A stretch of DNA of 59,009 bases, filler included, from Sphacelaria rigidula (GCA_964200075.2; 9 parts of 9 records of this genome joined end to end with filler, not necessarily neighbours in it); one strand, 5' to 3'; positions 1 to 13,277 are shown, counted from the whole stretch's first letter. Notes: generated by a model not told the origin, from the sequence alone. Translations and numbers: made by a program.

Positions 1-340
1 GGGTCCCAAGATATAGAGTTTTCCCCGCCAGGTGCCTTAAGCATATCTTAATTGGTACATTTCCCTCTATGTATGCATGGAGGTGTGAGGTCACTTCCGA
101 TAACAGAGGCTGTGTGTGCACAACATCTGTCTTGAAGTTTCTTGGAGGAAAAAACTCGAGAAGAAGGGGAAGAAGAAGAAGAAAGCCCCAGTGAGGGAGG
201 AAGCCCTTGGAGCAGTCCTGTGACCTTGTTTTGAGTTCAGGAGGATCCATAATAAACGTTGATTCAGGGAACCTGCTGGTGTTTGGGTGAGTTTTTCTTC
301 AGCTACAGGGAGTTTGTGCCCATTTGTACAAGGATGTACA
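1..340 (+). repeat. 5' LTR (partial) of Gypsy element 1
   Basis: Blocks CATGGAGG..GAAGTT (8 mismatches in 64) and CCCAG..CCATA (5 mismatches in 65) match 4484-4619. The 3' boundary at TGTACA (340) is inferred. Confidence 0.7.
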
Positions 341-388
341 GTGTGTAATCCGCGATGACGCTCGCTGAGTAACAGAGGGACGGCTACG

Positions 389-3300
389 TTGGCTGGAAGC
401 ACTGCGTGGGAGCTTCATAAGGAAGAATGGCAGCGTGCAGGAGAGGTGGCGGGAGCGAATACAGTCGATGGGGTGAAGCTTGGATTAGTTGCGTTTGTGG
501 TCGGTGGTTCCCTCAAGGCGCTGGAATACGGACGATTTTTCTGCGAAAATGTTTTCAGATGGTTCTTTCACAAGTACATAGGGTACGAGGAACCACTGCT
601 GAGGAGCAACAAGGGGCGTGCAGTGCAGGCCGCCTTGTTGACTATGACAGAACTCGTGCTCAAGCATATTCGCGCATGTCCGTCACAGAAATGTTTTGGG
701 GGATCGGTTTTAGACGATGATCAACTCAACGAGGCGATCGGCAATGCCAAATGTCGGAAAGACAGTGATCGATTCTTCGATTGCGGCAGATGGCGTAAGA
801 AAGGCATAAGTTGCACGCAACGAATCGACCGCCCTTGGTCGAGTCGAGGGAGTAGTGGTGTGCCGTCGGAGAGTATTTCGTGGAAAACGCGAGCGCTGAA
901 CGCGCGTTCCGCAAATCTGATCGTTTAAAGCAGGACCCGCACAAATCATTACGCGGGCCGTGGTCGCAATGAACACTCCCGAGTTCAAAATAAAGCTTGA
1001 GGACATGATGCACGGGGAGTGGAAAGAGGACCCCGGGCTAGTGTATGATGAGGATCGGGAAGCAGCGGAGGCGGGGAAGATGGTGGAAGCGGCTGATAGA
1101 GAGCGCCGTCACCAGCCGCAGCTGAAACAAAAGAGCGGTAGCGGACCCTCTGGATCCAAGCGACAACCGTCGGGTGGAAAAACGGCGACCCCCGGTAGTG
1201 GGACTGTCAGCTCTGGGAAATTTCGGAAAGCGGGTCCGAGCTGTGCGTATTGCTTTTGAGTGAAGATAAAGGCCATTTCCGGAAGGATTGCAAGAAGTTA
1301 GGCCAAGCTGCTGCTCTACAATATACTGCAAGTGGGCCGACGAAGACCGGCGACACGCAGCAGTGACAGCAGCAACAGTGGCAGCAATAGCAGGGTCCAG
1401 GACAGGTACCTCGAGTAGGGATCAAGCTTTCCGCCCGTACAAGCGCTGTGTTTTCTGCCGGTGGAGGGGATACTCTCAGCGGTGGAGCGATGCTGCCGCC
1501 ATAACCGGTCGTTTCTACTTGTGGTGTGCAGCAGACCATGTCGGCGGAAGCAGTCCGGAGCTGGAACTCGGAGACAGTGCCGTGGCGATCGCTTAACCTC
1601 GTGACATGTCAGGCTTCCAGTCTGAGGGTCCGATCGTAGATGGCAAGGAAAGGTGGTGTCTCGCTGACTTGTCTGTACCCGGTGCAGGGGCAAAGGGTGT
1701 TTGACCGGTTACGGCCATTCTAGACTCGGAATCTGCAAGCTACGGTTCCAGATGTTCGAGTGGGCACACCGATGGTTGGTGGACAGCTGGCGAAACTGGC
1801 TAATGGCAATGTTGAACGCGTGAAGCAGAAAACTTGTTTTGTCCGAACCGCTTTAAACACACACCGGGGACCACTTGTGCTGGACCCATGTTCATATGTG
1901 GTCGTGCTCGGTACAGATGATGTTGTAATCATGGGAGGCCCTATCTTGAGGCGCTGGGCATCAAAGTGTATAATAGTTTAGGCGCCTGTGCGCGGGCGAG
2001 GAACACTCCGGTGCGTGGTGTAGCCTGATTTCAAGGATTGTAGTTTTATCAATATCGCGGTTGAGACATTACAGCAGCCAGGTGATCGAGAGGAGCCCGT
2101 AGATTCCTCGGTCGAGCGGTTGCTGCCGAGACGTCCGGATATGATGAGCATATCCCCGGAACAAAAGCTTGCTGAGCGCGTTGTTGCGCCGGAGGAGGCG
2201 GTACAGGCCGCCGCGAATGATGCATGTCGGAGAGCGGCGTCAGCCAGTTTCGTGAGCTTGTTCGGAAAAATGCGAACGTTTTTCGGCGAGCGCTGGGTGG
2301 TGATCCGCCTCTTCGTGTCGAGCCCTTGAAGGTGAAGTTCAAACCTGGTGCTGCTGCGGTTGAGGCTCCGCCTAGGGCATACTCTTGAGTTGAGATAGCA
2401 TGGTTGGCACGCTGCATGGCGATATTAGTGAGACTTGGGCTCGAGTACTGCAGTTTGCAGGCAGTCTGGGCGCGGGTGACGATTGCAACGCCCGAGAAGG
2501 GCGGTTTCCGACGGATGAGTTACCACAAGGCGAAGAAGCAAGTTCCCCGTCACCTTCGGGAGACGGCGCATGATTCGCGCCCAGGGAAGTGACGCATTTT
2601 CATTTTCTCCACGTCGGCGAGAGTGGTCCCCCAGGAGATAGTGGATTGGACGAAGGAGATCGTTTCGAGTACATTTCGGTGATGATGGATGACCTAAGCA
2701 ACTTCGTGTGGGTGGAGCCCGCGGAGTCATGTACGGCGGCGACGACGGTGCAGCATTTGTTGATATGGTGAAAAATACTGGGGCCGTCGAACGTAATGGG
2801 TCAGCGATACTGCATTGCATTTCAAGAATCGTGTGATGAGAGCGCTTGAGAAGGCGCTGAAGCTGGATAGCAGATTCGTGTTGACCAACTTGCCGTGGTC
2901 TAATCGTACCTGTAAGCGAAGGATACGTGAGATTGTTCGTACCTTGGCGGCCATGTTGCAGGAGGAAAGGCGGGATGTTTATGCCTTGGTGGGTTTGGTG
3001 CCTGCCGTGCATTGGGCATTGAACACCGGTTCCCGAGAGCGCTATGCGAGCTGTAGCTGTACCTGTGATGCGAGGAGCGACTGTTTTCGAGTAGAAACGC
3101 CACTTCATGGTGTGGACGAGGTTGTGGTTCGAGTACTGCTGTTTTTCAGGAGCGCTGGAGGACTACCAGGAAGGCATTACCTGAGGTGCTTACTGTGTGG
3201 TGAGCGTCGGGTTGGGTGATGTTAAGAGCAAATGCTGGTGATTGAGTGCTTGTTGAGAATGACGAACCGCATTATGGCTGGTATTCGTGCAACGTTTTGA

Positions 3301-4039
3301 GGACGGTTGCAGCTTGTTGTGATGTGGTTTGTAGTCATGTTGGTGGTCATGTTTGCGAATGAAGTGCATGGCAGTTGAGCGAGATGATCGTACTGCGTGT
3401 GCTGCGTAAAATGCTGACGTACACGTGAATGTTTGGGATATGTGTCCTGCAACTGCGGTTAGCATGCATGACGCATGGTGGCTTCTGCCCAGAAGATCGT
3501 ATTGGATGTGCTGGGTGAAATGCTGGCATGCACGTGTGGAGTTTTCGCTCTACATGTACCTGGTGTGCATGGTCTCTGGCGAAGAGTCAGGGTGAGGCAG
3601 GTTTCAATATCCTCTGTATGTTGGATCAGGTGAAGCTCATATTTTGCTGTTCGCACAAAAACGCGACGGCATTGTCTTCGTGCGGTGTGCACATACTGAC
3701 TGTGGGAGATCTTAGTTGCTGTTGGCGTAAAAATGAGCAGACACTACAGAATGCGTAGGCTTGTATGTGAGCAGGTATACCGCGAGTGTTTCTAGCGATT
3801 TAAGATGAAGGAATGGTTCGCGCAAACAGAGGTAATCTTTGGCCGTGGCACTTCTTTTGATGACTTGTTACGTGTTTGGACGAGCACATGGGTGGTGTTT
3901 CGCCTCTGATTGAAATGAGCATGTGGATGGTGCGCTCATTTGCCTGGAAGGAGCGCCGCAGGTTGTAGAGCTGCGTAAGTTGGGACTGAGTAGAAAGGTG
4001 CGGGCGCGTTTGCAGGCAAAGTACGGTATCAAGCTTTGA
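389..4039 (+). pseudogene. Gypsy gag-pol pseudogene (frameshifted, RT core and RNase H missing)
   Basis: ORFs 389-928 and 960-1259 are gag-like (W+.DP.LV.D motif shared with the gag at 36479-37303). 2404-2592 is the RT start fused to integrase. 2589-3060 is the integrase core. GAPQVVELRKLGLSRKVRARLQAKYGIKL* lies at about 3949-4039. Confidence 0.8.
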
Positions 4040-4341
4040 GTGCTGATTTCGTGATACTATCGAATGCTAGTGATTGAAATGGTGTGCTTGGCGCGTTTGC
4101 TTTGTGCGTGAGTATGTCATGACTGGCAATGATCATTGACTGAATCATTGACTTCACTGAGTTGGATTGAGACTTTGTATTTCTGTCGATGTTCAGGGCA
4201 TCATTTTTTTATTGTGGAACATGACATTGCGCTGTCGTGAGTCACAAACGGACGGACAGAGGTATCATGAACGTGCTTTACGGTGTTTACTCCTCGTCAA
4301 GATCGCTTTCTACTGCGGGTAGTGCTGAGCTTTGGGGGTGC

Positions 4342-4620
4342 TGTAGAATATGCCACCTTCAGTACACGTACAGTGGATGATTCGCTGTCCGTTGGTACAG
4401 CGATTTGGATACGAGTTGCATGAGATTAGTCATAGGGTATTCCATAGAGTATGACCGTGACTGCTTCACACATGATATGGGCACATGGAGGGGCGAGGTC
4501 ACTTCTGATAACGAAGGCCGTGTGTGAACAACATCTGTCTTCAAGTTATCAAGTCCCAGCGAGGGAGGAAGCCCTTGGAGCAGGCCTGTGACCTTGTTCT
4601 GAGTTCAGGAGGGTCTATAG
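4342..4620 (+). repeat. 3' LTR (truncated) of Gypsy element 1
   Basis: Starts TGTAGAAT directly after a G-rich PPT-like tract (GAGCTTTGGGGGTGC) and aligns to 76-251. Confidence 0.75.
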
Positions 4621-5677
4621 ACCCCCCTCCATCCCCATAAATATATGTACGTAGACAAGGTTCCCTTCGGGAGGTTGGTACGGGCCTTCCTGGGGTGACG
4701 CAAGTCGAAAATATATGGTCAAGAGAGGCTGTTGTACCTCAATGTACAGTAGTGATCGTGGCTGTGCAAAACATCGAAAGTGTTATCGGATGTCGTTCGG
4801 AAATATGGAAATTGGGACGGATGCCGACGGCGGAACCGCCGGCCTAGTACATGTGTGGTATTTTTCAAGTACCAGAGTGCGAAGTAGCTCTCGTGCCACA
4901 AAGACATGACAGCGGGAGACACTTCCCGAAGAATTCGAATGCGTGGAACATTCTTGGCATGTTCTTTGTACATCACTGTGGCTTCCACATCATGGGGCTT
5001 TTTTCAAAGCAGGGTGATTCTTTTTTGCGGCAAAACATTCCTGTGCTGCTGTGCTGCTGTCCCTTGTTCAACTCGCCAAAGACCCATTGCACGGTCTTGT
5101 GTTTGCTGCTTACTAAGGCCAAGGCAACGTTCAACTGTTCTCAACTGCTTTGCTCTCACTTTCTCGTGACATTGGCGGCATAACCGGTGTGTTCGTGCTC
5201 CCAAATCTACGAGAACGCGACAAAGAGTAACACGGGGAAAAAATACCCCGCGAAAAGTAATCCCGTTTGAAGTTATGCATGATCTTCAACAGGCTTTTGT
5301 GGTTCGGGTCCCTGTTTCAAGTGTTCCATGATCTTGATCAGGCCATTGTGGTTCGGGATCGACACCCCGCGAAAAAAGGTCTGTTTAAACGACTTCATGT
5401 GGCCAGGACACGCGCCACAGGTATCAGATGACACCAAAACCTGAACGGTGATGTACCGCCGGGCCTTCTTAGTGCGCTGCAAAAAATGCCTTGCTGCCAG
5501 AGAAAACTCGGCAAAAGTGGTGAAATATGTGAAACGAAACGTGTACATGTCTATATATTAAGGGGGTTCAGAGAGCGGATAGGGATGAAAGCATGTTGAA
5601 ACTGCGATTTCGGAGGGGAGACCTGGACGTTCCAGAATTGAGAAAGATGTATGACAGCAGTCGGGAGGAGGAGGAAG

Positions 5678-6468
5678 TTGATTGGTTGACTGATTGATTG
5701 ATTGCAGTGATTCATTTATCTCTCAGGAGTCATGGTCCAGCCGTGGTCATTATCCACATGATGGACGTACCCGAGACCAGAACAAAGCTGAAACACTCGC
5801 TGAAGAAACGAAATATACAGAAGGTAGAATCGACAGAGCAGGCTAAGAAAAGCAAAGAAAAGAAGAGAAAAGAAGAGAAAAGAGAAAACACGAAGAGTAA
5901 AAAAGAAAAAAAAAGAGAAGAAAATGGCACGCCTCTGCCACATGGCTTCGAAGGGAAAGGTCTTCCGCAGAAACCATACTCATACTCGTAAAAACAAAAG
6001 GCCGTGGAGAAAGATTGCAGCTCATCTACTGCGACCTCACGATTTTGCATATAAAACAAAGTAGATTCACCGAAGTGCCGTTGTGGCAAAGCAACAGAGG
6101 GGAGAACCCATGAGGTGGGAGAATGTGAACTATATAAGAAGGAACTGGACGTGTGAGAGGGGGAAATGTGGGAACTATACTAGTTTATAACAAAATCGTG
6201 TCGTACCTTAGTAGCGAGCGAACGATCGCTATACTAGGGGATAGATGGTAGCCACAGATGGCGAAAACAGGGGGGGATAAGATATGCAACACGTTTTTGT
6301 GAAATGTATGGGGAAGGCGTAATGAGTGCCCAAATGTTGGAGGTGCGTCTACATCAGGAGTACGAACGGTGTCCCGTATCAAAAGGGATGCGTGGTCAAT
6401 CGTCGAATGACTCAAGACCATCAACAAGTAAGCATGCCCCCCCCCCCCCCACCCGGGTTGGCGTCGCT
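5678..6468 (-). mobile_element. SINE/LINE-tail-type interspersed repeat (head lost at contig end)
   Basis: The minus strand ends in (AATC)n. The tail (TCTCGGGTACGT..TGACCACGGC..AATCAATC) recurs at about 9225-9380 (+) and more weakly at about 53980-54092 (+). Confidence 0.55.
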
Positions 6469-6568
6469 NNNNNNNNNNNNNNNNNNNNNNNNNNNNNNNN
6501 NNNNNNNNNNNNTTAATTAATTAANNNNNNNNNNNNNNNNNNNNNNNNNNNNNNNNNNNNNNNNNNNN
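6469..6568. other. Artificial 100-bp contig spacer (first of eight)
   Basis: 44 N + TTAATTAATTAA (stops in all six frames) + 44 N. Identical spacers at 13037-13136, 19605-19704, 26173-26272, 32741-32840, 39309-39408, 45876-45975 and 52443-52542. Confidence 0.97.
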
Positions 6569-6869
6569 GGCCGAAGAAATCGTGAATTTGGTGATTTTGA
6601 GTCGTGATGATTTGTCCTAACCGTGCACTGCTTGCAAGCAGTGCAGACGGTACAGATTGTCTGCACTGCTGTACACGAGTGACCATGTACCGTTTCACGA
6701 TTTTCCCTGTCTTTTTTCGATCGAAGGCTTCAAAATTCACTTGGACCCGACTCGACAAAAATGAGCGATTTTCGCTCAAATCAATTCCACCGGCCCATTT
6801 TTTCGATTGAAAAAAACAGTACCAAGACACGTTTCTCCGCATTGCCGGATGGCGGTTTTGCAATCGGTA

Positions 6870-7213
6870 TAGAGGGTGAGGCAGGTACCTGGTACTGGTA
6901 TTTGGAACATCTCATACACTACCGGTATCGACCCGATCGGGTATTTTCAAATGTCGTACCTACGACACCACGGTATTTCGACATTTCGATACCCACCGTA
7001 CCCACCCAATCGGGTATTTTCCAATGCCGTGCCTGCGATACCTACGACACCACGGAATTTCGAGATACCAGTACCTACTGTACCCGCCAAATCAGGTACT
7101 TTCAAAACTCCTACCTACGATACCCATGCATACCACGGTATGGGGTACACCGATAAATACTGGGGGTACGCTCGGCACGGTACCTTACCTACCGTGCCCG
7201 TGAAACCCATCTA
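6870..7213. mobile_element. Non-autonomous DNA-transposon-like repeat (TAG..CTA ends, internal GGTA/TACC repeats)
   Basis: Weak terminal inverted match TAGAGGGT / ACCCATCTA. Internal direct repeats ATCGGGTATTTTC and TACCTACGACACCACGG. No convincing TSD. Confidence 0.45.
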
Positions 7214-7308
7214 GGGGAGTATACCTACTCAAATTATGGTGCGCAGACGGACGGAAGTTGGTGACACCTTACAGCATGAGCTAGCTACTGCTCAGGAGCG
7301 ATACTCAC

Positions 7309-9528
7309 AGCTGTCTGGCCGATGCCCGTACATTTGGCTACTTTGCTCGTTGCTGTTGAGAAAGTACGAAAAGATCCCGGGCTTCTCATTTGCTCCGAGA
7401 TCGAGATATGTGTAGCTACACCTTCGGGAGACGAACAACCGACATGTCGTCGACAGAAAATGCCAGCGTTGACAAGCCCTTGAGGGCTTTCATTACAATA
7501 GCTCCCGAGCCCAGAGGCGTCGCCTCGACAAAAGGAGACACACGATCTGTGTCTCAGAACTGCTCCGTGCTCTGTTTTCCGCCGCTGTACAGCGCCTGAT
7601 TGAAAATCCAAATACCATCACCCAGAATACACCCAGCACACGGCAACCATGTACAGCAGTAGTGCAACTCCGAGAAGACATGGCACCGTAGCCCTGTCAC
7701 GTACTGATGACGTATCCTCGACACGAGCATCGAGGACTATCACAGTAACAGCTTGGGGTACGTGGAACTCACCGTCTAACCACTCTTGATAGCAGATCGA
7801 CCATCGCAACCGCGCAAAGACCTCCCAGTGGTAGGCTGCCCACCGTCCACGAAGCGGGCGTCACCACGAAGGTGTGGAAGGAGAACGGGCGAGGCTTCCA
7901 TGGACGCCACCCAAAGTCCATCCATTGAGCCAGGCGGGGTTCGACCTGTCTCTGACGTGGCCGGGTATCAATTCCAAGGGAAGCAATTGGACGGAGAGAC
8001 GGAACGGCGGAGCACAGCATCAAAATCCACACTCAAGCACAGGGCGCGGCACATCGGCCACACCTGCCTACACACGCATGGGCAATGCCCACATGCTCGC
8101 AGCGGCGTACCCACAGTTCAGCAAGCGCGACTCGAAAATCTCCACGTGCAAGACGGCAGGTGGGCACTTTCTAGTAAGCTGTTGCCTCGGAAAATCTCCA
8201 CGAAAGCGTCTCTCTGCATGCTGCGTTGCGCAGATACGGTACGATAATACGGTTGTGTGGATACGACTGTTTTTGGGAGATGTAAGGCTTTGGGAACCCT
8301 CCCCTCCCGTCCCCGGTCCAGACGCCTCATTATTTACCAAGAAGAAAAGATAGGAAAACAAAATACCGACGACAACCATCTCCACGGCGGAAGGCCACAG
8401 AAGAATCCACCGACATACGTCATGCTCGCACCAACATTGTCGCCCCGGTGCCATCTGATTAGTTTTATCGAAAGAGGGGACGCACCGGGTCAAGTATGTT
8501 CAACTTTGTGCACGCAACAAAAATCAGCACCACCTGTATATGTTCTACATATTTTGTCCCGTGTAGACTGCGGCGCACATTCTTACAGGTGACGCACCCC
8601 ACTGTAGTATTGTTGTGCTGCAGTCCGGAGGTCTTACGCGCCCAGCACTTGGCAAGCGTGCTAAGCCACATCACAAAAACAAAGTTGTATGGCCGAGCAC
8701 ACAGAAATCCCATTCCCACACGTGGAAGGATTGAGGTGCGATACACTAGTTACGCGATTCACCGCCAGTTGGAAGCGGTCGTGCGTATGAAAAACACGCC
8801 TCGGGCAAAATAGAGGTCCTTGGAAGCTGCGAACAATCAACTATATTTTTATGTTGTTGGAAAAACAGCACCTCAAAATCTACACTTTTCCATTGCCAGC
8901 ACCAAAAGGGTTTGTTGAAGCACCAGCACAGCAGTAGTGCTGTAGTATATGCTGTCCCAGTATATGAATTCTCACCGAAAAACTGATGGAATTGATTATC
9001 TTTTAAATTATAAAAAAAAGTAATTCCATTGACGTACAAAAAAATCGATGTCGGTTTGTCCTATCCAAAATGACATCGTAGTTGGATATAAGGAGCATGA
9101 TCAAGCATAGTTTCCACGTGGCGAGCATAAATCGAGCATAACTTTCACTTGCTGAACGCTGCTTTCGGTGAGACTATTAGCATGACAAAACGACTTTGCT
9201 AGCATACCAAGTAGGAGCCTAGTTCTGTTTTACCGTGTCTGCTCCTGTTTTTTTTTTCCTTCAGCAAATGTTTCCCTTTTGTTTTGTCTCGGGTACGTTT
9301 CTCATGTGACTGACCACGGCCGTACTGCGTTCCTGGGAAATTAGTCAAAGTGCGACAACCAATCAAAACTCAATCAATAAAAAATCTCTGCTTCACCTTT
9401 CTTTCCTGGCGCTGCCGTTTTCCGCCGTCGCCCTTCGCATCATCGTGACTGCTACTGCTGCTGGTGCTGCCGCGGCCTGGCTGTTTCGTCCTCCGGTGAT
9501 GATACAGGCGTCGCAGGTTGGCGCCGCC
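7309..9528 (-). CDS. Putative spliced gene fragment, unknown product (candidate exons 9397-9528, about 7773-7945, 7309-7595)
   Basis: Good donor sites (AAG|GTGAAG, ACG|GTGAGT, GCT|GTGAGT) and AG acceptors with open frames. Phases do not join cleanly through all three exons, and no domain was recognised. Confidence 0.3.
9225..9380 (+). repeat. SINE/LINE 3' tail copy
   Basis: Reverse-complement similarity to 5680-5830; ends AATCAAAACTCAATCAAT. Confidence 0.55.
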
Positions 9529-11340
9529 CTACTGTCGATTGACGGAAAAAACAGCAACACAGCAAAACAGCAGGAGGGTAGACACAACACCAGAACAGGA
9601 CTTGAGCTGCCGGTTTCACGGGAGTCGAGTCGAGGTCTACATCGCGCCACGCCAAATCGTTGTGGCTATGTTTTGAACAGCAGAGTCGACACGATGGGTT
9701 CGATGTGTCACGTGCATCCCAAAGACAAGGTCCCGAGCTCTACGTGCCATATTATTCGTACTCCTCACTGTACTGCGATGGTGTACCTTGCGTCGTGCGG
9801 ATGCGCACCACATACCCATACGGATGAAGGCACCACCGAGTAAGTGTATGTTTGCATCTTGGAGACGACATGCTTACAAAAAAATGTGCATAGGAAAGCA
9901 ACCCGGCACTGCACGAGCAGCACGTCAAGCACTGCGACATGTAAATCCTCGGTCGGTTGAATGTTTGGGCGCTCACAGATGGAAACTAGAGTCTGACGCT
10001 TTCTTTCTCAAATCAACATTCCGCCATGCCCCGGTGACCTGAGCAGTGCATCTGACAAAAACGGTAACGACGGATATAATAGGGTTCGAATCACGCCAGA
10101 TACAAGTGCCCATTGTTGTGTCGTGCGGAGCATCTGATGCCTGTCGTTCGAAGCGTACGGACGTGAGGAGCAAAGGCAACTTGACGAACGCCGACGCGGT
10201 ACGAGGATGACTGCTCATGTGATCGGTGACACAAAAAAATCCAGGCATGCATGTTGCGAGGGGGAAGTCATTCGAGACGATGGACCCGTCCGTCCCCGAG
10301 GAGGGAGAGGGGTTGGAAACATGAGGGGGAGAAAAACAGAAACACAAGTGAGCGAACATAGGCTTAACCATTTGGGAAACGGAGCACTTCTACACAGACC
10401 AAATTTCGTCGACGTAAACGTATTTTCGTGCAGCTAATATTGACTACTCATAGTTCTTCGTGTTTTGCGCGCAGCTAATGGTGGATATTAACAGGCTTTC
10501 GTTGTTTGTTTTGCATCCGATGCTATTACCCGGACTGCGGGATTTTCAAACCCACGCTCACGAGGGAGGTTTTCCAATGGCACGCATGGTCCATCACAGG
10601 GCATCTCTACAGAGCCAACAGGTCACCCCCCCCCCCATCAATAATTTCGAACGAAAGCCGTGCGTATTCTTGTTTTTGAAGGAATATTATCCATACTGCA
10701 GTGAAGTGACTAACGTCCCGACAACAGTGTACTTGAGTGACATGTTAATATCATGACTAATCGCTACATGAAGCCGGCAATTGAGCTAGTCGCGTCGTGG
10801 GAACATCCCGAAACATTTCTTGAGGGTATTTTGGCCATGTCGGGCTGGGGTTTGAGACGTAGCCATACAGTACTCGGTTTGCCCTGCTTATGTCGGTACC
10901 AAGAGCAAGGTCCAAGAGCGTAGATGTGTGATGTCTACTAACTGCTAGTTACGCAAGAATATTCGGCGCGTGATATTTTGCAGGCATTACTGTTTTAATC
11001 TGCGCCAACGTTGAAGGGCCACACCCTGTGGGGTCGCAAAAAGCGGAATGATTAATCTAGATAAGGAAGCAACTCTGATTGACAAGCGAACTGTTCTTCA
11101 TGAACATGGTCCCAAGGTAGTCGAGTAGCAACCTGTTTTCGCGGTTCATCGCCTAATTTTTTGGCACTGGGCCCGCAGTTAAGGGCAAGAAATATGAGTG
11201 GAAAGGTTTTTCGAACAATCATGGTCTTGAAATACACCAAAATGCGACGACCTTTGTTCAATCAGATGAAAAAAACGGGTGGAATACGAGTCGAAAAGTA
11301 GCTTTGATTGGCCCACACATTGCGCCGCTGCGACAAAGAC

Positions 11341-11539
11341 TGTAATGCGTGAGAGGACCGCGTGCTTGGAGGACCGCATCGAATTTTGAATATCCCTATG
11401 GTTAGGGTTAGGGTTAGTGTTATGGTCAGGGGCGTGGTACCTGCAGGGACTGGCCAGATTGGTTTTGAAAAACGTCGATCCTGGGGTGTTTTGAACTACG
11501 GCGCGGTCCTCCAAGCACGCTGTCCTCTCACGCATTACA
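11341..11539. mobile_element. 199-bp MITE with 37-bp TIRs and internal TTAGGG repeats
   Basis: TGTAATGCGTGAGAGGACCGCGTGCTTGGAGGACCGC (11341-11377) is matched 36/37 by 11503-11539 inverted. GGTTAGGGTTAGGGTTAG starts at about 11400. Flanks AAGAC/CAGAC. Confidence 0.85.
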
Positions 11540-13136
11540 CAGACAGCTGCGATCGTCAAAAAACGACGATACAGCGGCTTCGTGCTGGCACACTTTGTTT
11601 GTCCCGACCTGCACGCACCCGCCTGGCGTGTCTTTCCCGATCACAACACTGACACTAACTGAAGTACCAGAGAAGACTCAACGGACAGCTGTACAGCCGT
11701 CACATGACGATTGTTTCAAACTTTCCTTGTTTGGACAGCACTTTGATCCCGCCCCAATTGTCTGCAGACCGAAACACAGCATGCAGCAGTACAACTACTC
11801 AGGCACTCTCCGTTGCACATCTCACCGTGATCGTCGTAGAGTGCTTAGATGCACAACAACATAGCGACAACTACAGCACAGAAATGATGGGAATGGGGAG
11901 CGCCTTATTCGTTTGACTCGGCACGAAACATCCAACATACCATGAACGTTTCAACATCGTGCAGAGAGCACTGCATGACGACATTGTGTTTCATAGAGAC
12001 GAACAGAATGACAATATAAAGCAACTTGGGCATTCCCAGCGGAGATCAAACCGTCCCCACAAATGCCTGAAGACGCCACAGCGCAATGACAGCTACAGCA
12101 CACAAGACAGAGCATGAGCGTGTTTGTGCTGCAGCACAGCGAAACAGGACATGTCCCATTCGATAGTTATTTCCCTGATCCCGGGTGGGTCTTCGATTTT
12201 CGCCCCGTGGCGTTTTACAAACGCTCGGCCATAATCGCGCTTCGCGCGAGAATATTTTATTTCACTTAGGTCTCACTGTCAGACCGCGAGGGCTAAATCG
12301 GTCAACTGAACTGTGTTTGGTTTATAGACGAAGTTTGGGAACCAGCACTGACCGGAAACCGTTGAGACTGACTTTAGAGCGAAACGAACATCCATGGGCT
12401 TTCAGTGCAGCACAAACACTACTGTCTATAGAAGTGCTTCAAGTGCACTCGTACAGTAACAGGAGAATGGGACGGACGGTCCGTGCAATCAGTAATACTG
12501 TAGCCCCGTGTACGTAAGTGAAATGTGGGGGAAACATGGCGAGCCATCGAAACGTCAGGAACGAGACGAGACTTTTGAAGAGTGGGCGCAAAGTGCACCC
12601 ACACACCATAAAACAGCAGTGGTATGCCTAATAGCGTCAGCTATTACTACTGCTGTTTAGTATGCTTTCACAAGAAACATTTACTTGAGGCTTGACCCTG
12701 AGTACTTCAGTACCCGCCCTTTCAGGGAGTACAGCATTCGGCTGCTGGCTGCTGTGTCCTGCAGTATTCGTACGAGTATTGTACGTTATTCCAACTCATG
12801 TCAACACAACACAAATGTCATGGGGTACGGTAGACATGTCAACACTATATTCGTGAGATTCAGAACGTAGTTTCAGGTTCAGAGTGGGTGCTCTAGCGTT
12901 TCTAACAGGCGTTTTTCTTTTTTTGCTTGAGCACACGTTCTGTGCATGCATCTACCGTACAGTACCCCATTCGAGGGATTCGGCGGTCTGGTTGGTGAGA
13001 TACCACACAAAGCATTTTTACGCCTGGGGGGCATTTNNNNNNNNNNNNNNNNNNNNNNNNNNNNNNNNNNNNNNNNNNNNTTAATTAATTAANNNNNNNN
13101 NNNNNNNNNNNNNNNNNNNNNNNNNNNNNNNNNNNN

Positions 13137-13205
13137 TTTGGATGAGATAAGGGGCTCCTAACAATTTTAACCTCAGAAGTTATTTCTGTACCCCTACCGT
13201 AGCAT
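13137..13205. repeat. Partial copy of a ~165-bp interspersed repeat ending CCCTACCGTAGCAT
   Basis: Aligns to the right end of the copies at 26900-27065 and 55683-55846. Confidence 0.8.
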
Positions 13206-13277
13206 CACTCTGTAGCAAATTGGACACCACTGCAACGAGATTGCCGCACACCTTCGATTTCGAGGTGAAGAGAGCGC

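Larger units (their letters stand above)
1..4620 (+). mobile_element. Degenerate, internally deleted Ty3/Gypsy LTR retrotransposon
   Basis: Two related LTR segments (76-251 vs 4484-4619), gag-like ORFs, a protease-region fragment, the RT N-terminus, the integrase core (VMMDDLSNFVWVEPAESCTA; HFKNRVMRALEKAL..W.N.TC.R..REIVRTL) and a pol C-terminal peptide ending near 4039. Confidence 0.88.

Noticed and set aside
6304..6863. ORFs containing X runs and ending in LIN
   Set aside because: They read into the N spacer and the TTAATTAATTAA linker.
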